A stretch of 27,774 bases of DNA from a virus (lineage: Duplodnaviria > Caudoviricetes). Positions 7,325 to 15,801 of the stretch are shown here, in pieces. Each line of letters begins with the position of its first letter. Positions within the stretch are counted from its first letter, which is position 1. The notes beneath the pieces are model-generated. The model did no database searches, had not been told where the DNA came from, and saw nothing but the letters and a program-made list of their open reading frames with translations. Made by a program: the position numbers and the translations under genes. The DNA lies in IMG/VR virus record IMGVR_UViG_3300037501_000083, positions 1-27,774 of that record. The stretch is one strand, 5' to 3'.

Positions 7325-8623
7325 ATGTTTCCATTCATTTCAACAAAAAAAAACTATGTAAACGGTTCACCGCAGCGCCGCAACTCGCCGGAAAACCCGT
7401 CCACTTCCCTTTCTAACCCGGACACCTGGCTTTGGGAAAGTTTCGGGGCCAGCCAAAACGGAATTTCCGTCAACGCCAACTCCGCCCCCGCCATTCCAGC
7501 CTTTTGGCAAGCCGTCAGTCGAATCAGCAACACCATCGGGGCCATCTCCTGCAAAATATACCGCCGCACTGAATTTGGAAGCGAAGCCGACACCCAACAC
7601 CCGCTCTACCCGCTCCTCACACGCCAGCCGCACCCGCTTTACAACGCCTTCGACTTTTTCAAAACCCTCGTCATCAACCGCCTTACATCCGGCATCGCCT
7701 ACGCCGAAATAATTCGCAACAAAGCCGACGGCTCCGTCCAATCCTTTCAAATCCACAAGCCCAAAAATATACTCGACCTTCAGGTAACCCCCGAAGGAAA
7801 CTACTTTTTCATCGTTAGTGCCAATGACAACCGCATCAGCCAAACCCGCCGTCCCGTCGCCCTGTCCAATATGATTTGGCTAAAAGGATGGACTTACGAC
7901 GGCATCACCTGCCTCAACCCCCTGGAAATACACGAACCCACTCTCGGTAGCGGCCTTGCCGCCACCCTGTACGCCCAGAAATTCTACGAAAACGGCGCAC
8001 ACATCAACTACGCCGTAGAGGTGCCCTTTGAAATGTCCCCGTCCGCAAAAAGCACCTTCACCTCCATTTGGAAAAAACTGTACAGCGGCATCCGCCGTGC
8101 CTTCTCCGAACCGCTTTTGCTCGACAAAGGGGCCAAACTCCACCCGCTAAAAATGACCCCCGTAGAGGCCCAGATGTTGGATTCCAAAAACCAGACCGTC
8201 GAAGACGTGGCAAGAATCGCCGACATACCCCCGCACATGCTCGGAGCCGGAAAAAACTTCACCTTCTCTTCCATCGAGGTGATGAACAACGATTTCGTAA
8301 AATTCAGTTTGCGCAATATCACCCGCCAACTCGAAATCGAACTCGAAAACAAATGCCTCACCCGTGACGAACGGGACAATCGCACCCACGAAATCCGCTT
8401 CAACCTCGATACCCTCCTGCAAGGTGACACCAAGACCCGCAGCGAAAAAATGATAAACGAATTCAAGTGGGGCCTCATTGACAAAAACGAATATCGCCGC
8501 CTCAACGATTACAACGCCGTCGAAAACGGCAACTACTGCTTAAATCCGGTTAACATGTTCGTCAGCGAAACCGGAGAGATGCCGGAAAACCCGGCACTCA
8601 ACGACCAACAAACTCAAACCTAA
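7325..8623 (+). CDS. Phage portal protein, HK97 family
   Basis: AFWQAVSRISNTIG, HPLYPLL..QPHP, EDVARIADIPPHMLG, NEYRRL; 432 aa; position. Confidence 0.95.
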   Translation: MFPFISTKKNYVNGSPQRRNSPENPSTSLSNPDTWLWESFGASQNGISVNANSAPAIPAFWQAVSRISNTIGAISCKIYRRTEFGSEADTQHPLYPLLTRQPHPLYNAFDFFKTLVINRLTSGIAYAEIIRNKADGSVQSFQIHKPKNILDLQVTPEGNYFFIVSANDNRISQTRRPVALSNMIWLKGWTYDGITCLNPLEIHEPTLGSGLAATLYAQKFYENGAHINYAVEVPFEMSPSAKSTFTSIWKKLYSGIRRAFSEPLLLDKGAKLHPLKMTPVEAQMLDSKNQTVEDVARIADIPPHMLGAGKNFTFSSIEVMNNDFVKFSLRNITRQLEIELENKCLTRDERDNRTHEIRFNLDTLLQGDTKTRSEKMINEFKWGLIDKNEYRRLNDYNAVENGNYCLNPVNMFVSETGEMPENPALNDQQTQT

Positions 8624-8628
8624 GAAAG

Positions 8629-9297
8629 ATGAGTAAATCCAAAGAAAATATCGGCAATATGGAACGAAGGTACCTGACAACCGGTGCCGAAATACGTGCT
8701 GCAAAAGATGAAGGCTTCGACTTTACAGGGCTTGCATCCCGCACAGGAGTTGAATACGTCATGTTCGAGGATGAAGACAGTATTTGGGTAGAGGAAATTG
8801 CGTCAAATGCTTTCGATGATGTTCTGGACAATGACGTACGTACCCTTATCAACCATCAATCATCTCTCATTCTAGGAAGAACAAAAAGTGGAACGGCAAA
8901 AATATGGACAGATAAAGACGGCCTCCGCTACGCCTGGAAAAATCCCGAAACTTCCTATGCCTCAGATATTGCCGTAAGTATTAACCGGGGAGACGTTGAC
9001 CAAAGCAGTTTCGGATTCCGAACATCCTGGAACAATAATAAATGGGAAGAAACACCCTTACCGGACGGACGCAGGAAATATAAGCGAACTATTTTAAAAT
9101 TCGACGAACTGTTTGATACTTCCCCGGTGACTTTTCCGGCCAACCCTAATACCACAGTCGGGGCCAGGGACATCAAAACCGCCTACGAAGAATACCAAGA
9201 ATATCGCAAACAACAGCATCCGCCGGAAGACATCTTCGATGAACTCGAAATACTAAAACGCCAGACCGCCCTAAACGAGCGCCTGGCCGGTCTCTAA
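8629..9297 (+). CDS. Prohead protease, HK97 family
   Basis: EEIASNAF, LINHQ..LILGRT, DQSSFGF, DTSPVTFPA. Confidence 0.93.
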   Translation: MSKSKENIGNMERRYLTTGAEIRAAKDEGFDFTGLASRTGVEYVMFEDEDSIWVEEIASNAFDDVLDNDVRTLINHQSSLILGRTKSGTAKIWTDKDGLRYAWKNPETSYASDIAVSINRGDVDQSSFGFRTSWNNNKWEETPLPDGRRKYKRTILKFDELFDTSPVTFPANPNTTVGARDIKTAYEEYQEYRKQQHPPEDIFDELEILKRQTALNERLAGL

Positions 9298-9337
9298 TTC
9301 AAACAAATCGGCCCAGGCCGCAAAACACAATTTCAAA

Positions 9338-10624
9338 ATGAAAGACGTAATCCAAACCATTAACGACCTCAAGCAAAAACGAATGAAGGTCGTCGCCGAC
9401 CAAAAAGCGCTCTTGGCAAAAGCGCAGGACGAAAAACGCTCCATCTCCGACTGGACGCCCGATGAACGCTCCGCCTACGACAAGGCCGAGGAGGATTTCA
9501 AAAAATACGATTCCGAAATCCGCACGTTGGAGGAATTCAGCAAAAAACAAGAGCGCCTCGCCCTCGAACAATCCGAACAACGGACGCCAGAAGCCAATGC
9601 GCCCGAAGCACCCGACGCCAAAAAGGCATATCGGGCCGCATTTATGAAATGGGTCACGCACGGAACTCAATCTATGACCCCGGAAGAGCGCAAAGTTTTA
9701 CGCACCGGCTTCCATGCCGACCCAGCACCCGGAATCGGCGAAACCAGGGCACAAACCATCACCACCACCGGCGGCGGTTACCTAATACCAACCGACCTCG
9801 CTTCCGAACTGGAGCGCATCATGCTGTATTACGGCCCGATGATGGACCCGTCCGTCACCGGAGAATGGCGCACCGACAGCGGCAACCCCAAAACCTGGCC
9901 CGTCCTCAATGATACCAGCAACACCGGTCGCCTGCTTAACATCAACACGCAGACCACGGAGACCGCAATGGTTTTCTCTCAGTTGAATTTCGACGCCTAC
10001 AAGTTTTCCTCCGATCACATCCTCGTTCCTTACGAACTGCTGGAAGATTCCGATTTCAATATGGATTTGATGATTAACGACACCCTCACCGAACGCCTCG
10101 GAAGGGTCATCAACACTTACCTAACTACCGGTACCGGCTCTTCGCAACCGAACGGAATCGTTACTGCAAGTGCAAACGGCAAAACAGCCGCTGCACAAAC
10201 TGCAATCACCCGTGACGAAATCATCGACCTTATCCACTCCGTTGACCGCTCCTACCGGAACGGCCCGAAAGTCGGGTTTATGATGCACGACCTCATCATG
10301 GCCGTGCTCAAAAAAATGACCATCGGCTCCGGCGACGACCGCCCGCTTTGGCAACCATCCATCCGGGAAGGCGAACCGGACAAACTCGAAGGCTATCCAT
10401 ATTGGATAAACAACGACATGTCTAGCTCATTGACCGCTGCCTCCAAACCCATCCTTTTCGGGAATTTTGGAAAATACATCGTTCGGAAAGTCAACGACTT
10501 CCGCCTCTACCGTCTCGACGAACGCTACCGTGACTATGACCAATCCGGGTTCATCGGATTTTTCAGGGTCGATGGTGAACTGAAAACCAACTCTGCCGTC
10601 AAGCGAATCACAATGGCAGCATAA
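9338..10624 (+). CDS. Major capsid protein, HK97 family
   Basis: Coiled-coil scaffold N-terminus, GGYLIPT, GTGSSQPNGI, RPLWQPS, LFGNF, RVDG. Confidence 0.96.
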   Translation: MKDVIQTINDLKQKRMKVVADQKALLAKAQDEKRSISDWTPDERSAYDKAEEDFKKYDSEIRTLEEFSKKQERLALEQSEQRTPEANAPEAPDAKKAYRAAFMKWVTHGTQSMTPEERKVLRTGFHADPAPGIGETRAQTITTTGGGYLIPTDLASELERIMLYYGPMMDPSVTGEWRTDSGNPKTWPVLNDTSNTGRLLNINTQTTETAMVFSQLNFDAYKFSSDHILVPYELLEDSDFNMDLMINDTLTERLGRVINTYLTTGTGSSQPNGIVTASANGKTAAAQTAITRDEIIDLIHSVDRSYRNGPKVGFMMHDLIMAVLKKMTIGSGDDRPLWQPSIREGEPDKLEGYPYWINNDMSSSLTAASKPILFGNFGKYIVRKVNDFRLYRLDERYRDYDQSGFIGFFRVDGELKTNSAVKRITMAA

Positions 10625-10645
10625 CTTTTCTAATGCTGACACATA

Positions 10646-10700
10646 GGGAGCGGCGCCCCCTTGTCTGCCGAAAGGCAGGCATGCCGCTCCCAACCTTTTA
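10646..10700 (+). terminator. Stem-loop after capsid gene with a nested GAAA-tetraloop hairpin
   Basis: GGGAGCGGC/GCCGCTCCC outer stem enclosing TGTCTGCC-GAAA-GGCAGGCA, followed by a short T tract. Confidence 0.55.
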
Positions 10701-10723
10701 AAAGTTCATAATTTCCGCAAATA

Positions 10724-11146
10724 ATGAAAAAGATATTCTTCCTTATCACCGTACTCTTTGCTCTCTTTTCCTTCACCGAAAAAACGCAGGCGCAAACCAC
10801 CACCCTCTACGAACCAGCTATAGACACTATCACCAACACCGAATCGGACACCATTACCTACGTATTCCCATCCAGGAACTACGATTTCCTTTGGAGCCTC
10901 GAAATACTAACCAGCATTTCAGGAACCGATTCGCTCAACGTGAAAATTGAGGAATTGGCAAACAACAATGCGACTTTGTGGGTGCAGGTCGGCACTACCG
11001 ACGTACTCGGTGCCACCGGCTCGGCAAACAGGGTCAGCAGGGAAGCAGGAACACTCTACGGAACCCGGCAACGCCTAATTGTCACAGGTGTAGGAACCCA
11101 AAGCACCCGATACAGGGTCTTTGGCACCTTCCGCCGAAAAGATTAA
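10724..11146 (+). CDS. Signal-peptide-bearing beta-rich protein
   Basis: MKKIFFLITVLFALFSFTEKTQAQ Sec-type signal followed by a Thr-rich beta-strand pattern. Confidence 0.8.
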   Translation: MKKIFFLITVLFALFSFTEKTQAQTTTLYEPAIDTITNTESDTITYVFPSRNYDFLWSLEILTSISGTDSLNVKIEELANNNATLWVQVGTTDVLGATGSANRVSREAGTLYGTRQRLIVTGVGTQSTRYRVFGTFRRKD

Positions 11147-11151
11147 CGAAT

Positions 11152-11349
11152 ATGAAAACCGTAAAAGGAACAGTCCTCAAAAGTTGCGGTGGCGACGGAC
11201 TCCGCCTGACAAAAGGCCAAACCGCCGAACTCCCGGAAGACGTGGCCCTTGACCTTCAAAAGGCGGGCTACTTCCAACCGCACGTCGAGAACGTCCGAAA
11301 CAAAAAAGCGGAAGGCAGGGAAACCGCCACCGCCAAAAATCAACACTGA
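11152..11349 (+). CDS. Small hypothetical virion-region protein
   Basis: MKTVKGTVLKSCGG...GQTAELPEDVALDLQKAGY; stop overlaps the next start. Confidence 0.75.
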   Translation: MKTVKGTVLKSCGGDGLRLTKGQTAELPEDVALDLQKAGYFQPHVENVRNKKAEGRETATAKNQH

Positions 11350-11642
11350 TGCCAAGTTTCGATACCGACCTGCATTATTTTAAATTAGGCGAAGCCGACA
11401 ACCTCGCCTTCGGCCAAAATGGATTCCTGATTGAATCGGGAACGACCGCCCTGACGGATTTGAAAGTCGCCTGCATTGTGTTCATCGAAGCCGGGGCATT
11501 TTCAACGTTCACCGCAGCGCCCACGCCGACCGGCGACGCCATCACCGGCATCACCTTCCCGGCCGGGTTTCACATCTTCGGGCGGATAAGCGCTTTCACG
11601 CTTGCAAGCGGGAAAGTCATCGCCTATAAATACGCCGACTGA
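11349..11642 (+). CDS. Hypothetical structural protein
   Basis: 97-aa ORF coupled to both neighbours; ITFPAGFHIFGRISAFTLASGKVIAY C-terminus. Confidence 0.75.
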   Translation: MPSFDTDLHYFKLGEADNLAFGQNGFLIESGTTALTDLKVACIVFIEAGAFSTFTAAPTPTGDAITGITFPAGFHIFGRISAFTLASGKVIAYKYAD

Positions 11643-12262
11643 TGATGAACGCAGCCACCGGTATCACCTACAAACGCAAACTCGTGACCGCCCCCGCCAC
11701 GGAGCCGGTGACGACTGTCGAGGCGAAAACCTGGCTGTACATCACCGGCGCCGACCACGATACCCTCGTGGCTAACCTCGTAAAGGCTGCCCGCCAGAAA
11801 ATCGAAACAGACTACGATTGCGCTCTGATTAACCAGACCTGGGATATCTATCTCGACGAATTCCCTGAAGCGAACTACATGAACGAAGACGGGGTCATAG
11901 AACCGGTACTGTACCCGATTTCGTCCATAACTTCTTTGAAATACATAGATACCGCCGGCACTGAACAGACATGGTTAAGTTCCAACTACACCCTCGAAAA
12001 CATGCTGGCCATGCCCGCCCGCATCCATAAGGCTTACGACGTGAGCTACCCGGATACGAGAGGCATCCAGAATGCCGTCACCATCCGTTTAGTGGCAGGT
12101 TTCGGGCCATCCGCTTCCGACGTGCCCGAACCAATCCGCACCGCAATTTTACTAATGGTAAAACTTTGGTATGACAACCCGGAAGACATGCGCCTCGCCG
12201 GGATGCCCTGTGAACGCAGCGCAAAGGCACTGCTTAATAATTATTTCACATGGCGGATTTGA
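11642..12262 (+). CDS. Head-tail connector (gp6 / phiE125 gp8-like)
   Basis: APATEPVTTVEAK..L, LVKAARQKIE, LINQTW, VPEPIRTAILLMVKLWYDN. Confidence 0.9.
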   Translation: MMNAATGITYKRKLVTAPATEPVTTVEAKTWLYITGADHDTLVANLVKAARQKIETDYDCALINQTWDIYLDEFPEANYMNEDGVIEPVLYPISSITSLKYIDTAGTEQTWLSSNYTLENMLAMPARIHKAYDVSYPDTRGIQNAVTIRLVAGFGPSASDVPEPIRTAILLMVKLWYDNPEDMRLAGMPCERSAKALLNNYFTWRI

Positions 12263-12340
12263 TATTATGGTTAAGTGCATTCTATCCAGTGCTGTTATAT
12301 ATAACGGTATGAGATCTCATCTTCTATTTTGAAGGAAACG

Positions 12341-12676
12341 ATGATGACAGACTTAAAAACTAACATCCGCTTCGACCGCCTCATTACCATCCAGCAAACG
12401 ACGGAGACGCAAAACACCTCCGGCGAACTGGAAAACGCCTGGGGCACGTACAAACAGCCCTGGGCACACAAAGACGACGGAGCCGGAAAAGAGGAATACA
12501 GCGCAAGCAAGGAAACCGCATTTTTAGGTACCGTGTGGACCATCCGTAAAAACGACGCCCCCGCCGTCACCGAAAAAATGCGCATCACCCACGACTCCAA
12601 AACCTACGACATTTTAAACATCGCCGAAGTCGGGCGGGGAAGGTTCTACAAAATCACCACCCAACTCCGGCAATAA
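12341..12676 (+). CDS. Head closure / head-tail adaptor (SPP1 gp16-like)
   Basis: FDRLITIQ..TETQNTSGE...W...WA...TIR...MRI.HDSKTYDILNI. Confidence 0.88.
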   Translation: MMTDLKTNIRFDRLITIQQTTETQNTSGELENAWGTYKQPWAHKDDGAGKEEYSASKETAFLGTVWTIRKNDAPAVTEKMRITHDSKTYDILNIAEVGRGRFYKITTQLRQ

Positions 12677-12756
12677 AAAATAACCGGCATGATGAGCATG
12701 TTCCTGATATTCTTTATCCTGACCATGCTCATCAGTACCGGTAAACGCAGAACAAA

Positions 12757-13116
12757 ATGGCCGCATTAACTGTACAGGAATTCGACATAGACGGGACGGC
12801 AATCACCACCACAGCAGCCGCAGGCGGAGGAGATACCTTTGCGAACGACGCCTCCACCCGCACCTTTTTCAAAGTCGTAAACGGCGGTGGCGGGCAAATC
12901 ACCGTCACTTTCACCACCCAACTAACCCAGGCCGAAACCCTCACACTCGGAACCGTTGACCTGGATAACAAATCCGTCACCGTGGACGCCGGGGTAACGA
13001 AATACTTCGGCCCATTCAACGGAAAACGATGGAACAACGCCAGCGGAGCCGTCGCCGTCAGCTACTCCGGGGTGACGAACGTCACCGTGGCTGCCATCAA
13101 AATGGGAATGCCGTAA
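12757..13116 (+). CDS. Hypothetical structural protein
   Basis: 119-aa Thr/Gly/Val-rich beta protein in the head-tail operon. Confidence 0.75.
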   Translation: MAALTVQEFDIDGTAITTTAAAGGGDTFANDASTRTFFKVVNGGGGQITVTFTTQLTQAETLTLGTVDLDNKSVTVDAGVTKYFGPFNGKRWNNASGAVAVSYSGVTNVTVAAIKMGMP

Positions 13117-13761
13117 TGTCTGATTCAATCAGTTCCGCTTTTGCAAAAGCGCAAAAAGAAATAGCCGCAACGTTTCGGCAGGTAAAGTTTGTCGCACGTA
13201 TTACAGTAGGAAAAATCGATGCAATTTATGGCATATTGGGAAAAAACGATTTTGGTTAAGGCTCTTTCAGTCGAAGTCGAGCAGGCCATAAAAACCCTCA
13301 ATAAACTCGGCGAAGAGTTCGACAAGAAAACCCGTCGCAAAATGTTAAGGCGGGGAGCCGAAATCCTACGGGACGAAATAAAAAGCAGAGCGCCTCGCAG
13401 CAAAAAGCAGCATAAACGGTACAGCACCGCCAAACTGCTCAAAAACAAGCGGGCGCCAAAGGGAATGGGCACGGTGATACAAACCTACGACCCCGGCAAC
13501 CTGAAAAAAGCCATTGTGGTGTTGCCGCTGTCCAAATCGCACGACCTCCACGTTGGCCCGAAGGTCGCCAGGAGGGGACAAAAAAGCCTGCCGGATGCCT
13601 ACTATGCGCACTGGCTGGAGTACGGCGCTCCAGGAATCGGAGTTCCGGCGCATCCTTTCATCCGCCCCGCCGTCGCCTCCGTAAAAGCGAAAGTTGCAGA
13701 GGCTGTTACGGCTGATGCAAAGAAGTTGCTCGGCGAATTTGAAAAAAAACACAGCATATAA
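13116..13761 (+). pseudogene. HK97 gp10-like tail completion gene interrupted by a ~100-bp insertion (C-terminal ORF 13219..13761 open)
   Basis: GNLKKAI, YYAHWLEYG, AHPFIRPA motifs; the coupled ATG at 13116 is out of frame with the body unless 13170-13269 is removed. Confidence 0.75.
13169..13269 (+). repeat. Chimeric copy of two segments of the LamG gene
   Basis: 13169-13189 is identical to 22400-22420; 13188-13269 matches 22583-22664 at 75/82. Confidence 0.9.
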
Positions 13762-14171
13762 TGAACGTCGGAAAAGCCATTTACAACATCCTGAGCAACG
13801 ACGCCCACGTCGCCGCCCTGCTTACCGAAAGCGGTAAGATAAAGGTGTTCCCCGTTCAGATGCCGGAACGGTACAGCTATCCGGCCGTCGTGTACAGTGT
13901 CGTCAGCAACACGCCCCACGGCACCAAAACCGGGGTCAGCGGATTCGACCAAGTGCGGGTGCAAATTGATTGTTACGGACGGGTGTACGAGGACAACGGC
14001 GAACTGGCACACGCTGTCCGTGTCGCCCTCGACCGGAAAGCCCCCGGCACTTACGGAGGCATCACGGTGAAGGGAATCAGTTACGTGAACACCAATATGG
14101 CACTCGAAGAAGATGACAACGTTTATCGAATCAGCGAGGACTATCAAATTATCATAGATGCATTCGCATAA
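13761..14171 (+). CDS. Tail terminator / completion protein (DUF3168-like)
   Basis: AIYNIL..DAHVAAL, KVFP, YPAVVY, RVQIDCY, LAHAVRVALD. Confidence 0.85.
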   Translation: MNVGKAIYNILSNDAHVAALLTESGKIKVFPVQMPERYSYPAVVYSVVSNTPHGTKTGVSGFDQVRVQIDCYGRVYEDNGELAHAVRVALDRKAPGTYGGITVKGISYVNTNMALEEDDNVYRISEDYQIIIDAFA

Positions 14172-14181
14172 ATCAAGTAGA

Positions 14182-14463
14182 ATGAAAAATATCAAATTGC
14201 TCAAACCTTACGAAAAGAAAAGCGGAAGGGTATTGCCACAGGGAAAGGTCATCGAAACCACCCCGGAATTTGGCGAGGAACTCGTTTCCCTCGGCATCGC
14301 CGAATGGACGGACGAACCGCCTTCCGACGTCCGCCCTTCCTTCAACCCCCGCATTGACCCCGCCATCCAGCGGGCACATGAACTGAAAAAACGGCTGGAA
14401 AAGGAAAAGGAAATCTCTGAATCCACCAAAACCGAAATCAAAGAATCAAAAAACAAAAATTGA
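14182..14463 (+). CDS. Hypothetical protein
   Basis: MKNIKLLKPYEKK...GKVIE...GEELVSLGIAE, similar in pattern to 11152-11349. Confidence 0.7.
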   Translation: MKNIKLLKPYEKKSGRVLPQGKVIETTPEFGEELVSLGIAEWTDEPPSDVRPSFNPRIDPAIQRAHELKKRLEKEKEISESTKTEIKESKNKN

Positions 14464-14537
14464 CAATTAAGGACAGGCCCCGGCACTAGTATCGAGGTCA
14501 ATTCTCAATTCTCAATTTTCAACTAAAAAAAATAGTC

Positions 14538-14945
14538 ATGGCAAGTACTGGCAAAAACAACGGCACCCTTATAGCCCTCTACAAAGACGGCGTTAAAGTC
14601 ACACATTCCACCAACACCTCCCTCGACATTTCCGAAGATATCATTGACGTCACCACGAAAGACTCATCCGGCTGGAAAGAAAGCATCCCAGGCCTTCGCT
14701 CCGCATCAGGCTCCGGCGACTTCCTCTTTTCGGAGGACGGGGCTGTAAACTTTGAAGATTTCTTCGATGAAATCAACACAAGGTCCAGTTTCACCGCCCT
14801 TTGGTCAACCGCCGTCACAGGGGATAAAACCTACACAGGCACCGCATACATCACCTCCATCTCCCTGTCCGGCGGGGTGGAAGATGCTATGACTTACAAC
14901 ATCGCCTTTGAAATCACAGGCGCCGTCACGAAAGGCACCGCTTAA
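14538..14945 (+). CDS. Major tail tube protein (TP901-1-like)
   Basis: IDVTTKDSSGWKESIPGLRS, YTGTAYITSIS, TYNIAFEITG. Confidence 0.92.
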   Translation: MASTGKNNGTLIALYKDGVKVTHSTNTSLDISEDIIDVTTKDSSGWKESIPGLRSASGSGDFLFSEDGAVNFEDFFDEINTRSSFTALWSTAVTGDKTYTGTAYITSISLSGGVEDAMTYNIAFEITGAVTKGTA

Positions 14946-14949
14946 TAAT

Positions 14950-15026
14950 TTTGAGTTAATGAGTTTTGAGTTAATGAGTTGCTTTTTCAACTATCTAACT
15001 CAAAACTCATTAACTCACAACTCAAA
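14950..15026. repeat. Inverted array of short TGAGTT(A/T) units forming a long hairpin (possible terminator)
   Basis: TTTGAGTTAATGAGTTTTGAGTTAATGAGTT facing AACTCAAAACTCATTAACTCACAACTCAAA. Confidence 0.75.
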
Positions 15027-15034
15027 TCAAGGTC

Positions 15035-15430
15035 ATGCAAACAATCACTTTAGCCAATCAGCCGCGCCAGGTCAACTTCGGTAGAAACTCCATCATGGAG
15101 TTGGAGAGGGTGACCGGGCGCAGTTTTTATGAGTTTATTTTCTCCATGCTGCCGGAAAAGTCCGCCGCAGTTCCCGGCAGCGAAGCCGGGGAGTTGGAAG
15201 CCGGTATCTCCGTCCTACTAAGAACAAAAGTCACCGACATGGTGTACGTGCTTTATGCTGGATTATACGGAGGTTCTTTGAAAGAAAAGACCACACCTTT
15301 GTCCGTCCAAGAGGTCATTGACCTCCTAGACGAAGAACAGGATAGTTTGACCCCGCTCGTACAGGCCCTGAGCATGGTCATGGAAAGCCTGCCCAAACCC
15401 GTCAGCGACAACGGTCAAAAAAAAAGGTAG
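15035..15430 (+). CDS. Tail assembly chaperone (G-like)
   Basis: Between tail tube and tape measure; ends in an A9 slippery run (GQKKR*). Confidence 0.85.
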   Translation: MQTITLANQPRQVNFGRNSIMELERVTGRSFYEFIFSMLPEKSAAVPGSEAGELEAGISVLLRTKVTDMVYVLYAGLYGGSLKEKTTPLSVQEVIDLLDEEQDSLTPLVQALSMVMESLPKPVSDNGQKKR

Positions 15431-15798
15431 CCGGGGACAGCCCGCAGGAAAAAGACCCCGAAGGGATAACCCCCAAAGAGATAGACTGGGACGAACTCGA
15501 AGGCATTTGCACCGGCTTGCTAGGAATGTCCTTCGACGAATCCGAACACGCCACCCTCCGCCAAATTGACAACCGCTACCGTGCATGGTCACGCATCGAA
15601 GAAACACGCCAGCAAGGGGAATGGGAGCGTAGCCGCTGGCAAACCCTCTGGCTGCTTTCCCCGCACCTCAAAAAAGGCAAATTGCCCTCCATCCAGCGCC
15701 AAATGAAATTCGCCTGGGAAAAGGAAGAAAAGGTCGAATTCAAAGGGGACGCAAACGCCATCCTCGCAAAGTGGAACGATGAAATGAAAAAAAAGTAA
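15424..15798 (+). CDS. Tail assembly chaperone T-like extension reached by -1 frameshift
   Basis: The -1 frame is open from the A9 run (15417-15425): KVAGDSPQEKDPEGITPKEIDWDELEGICTGLLGMSF...EWERSRWQ. Confidence 0.8.
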   Translation, partial: KVAGDSPQEKDPEGITPKEIDWDELEGICTGLLGMSFDESEHATLRQIDNRYRAWSRIEETRQQGEWERSRWQTLWLLSPHLKKGKLPSIQRQMKFAWEKEEKVEFKGDANAILAKWNDEMKKK

Positions 15799-15801
15799 GC
15801 C

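Noticed and set aside
14459-14522. AATTGAC/AATTCTC heptamer repeats as a mobile element
   Set aside because: Short intergenic repeats with no transposase or target duplication; likely a simple hairpin.
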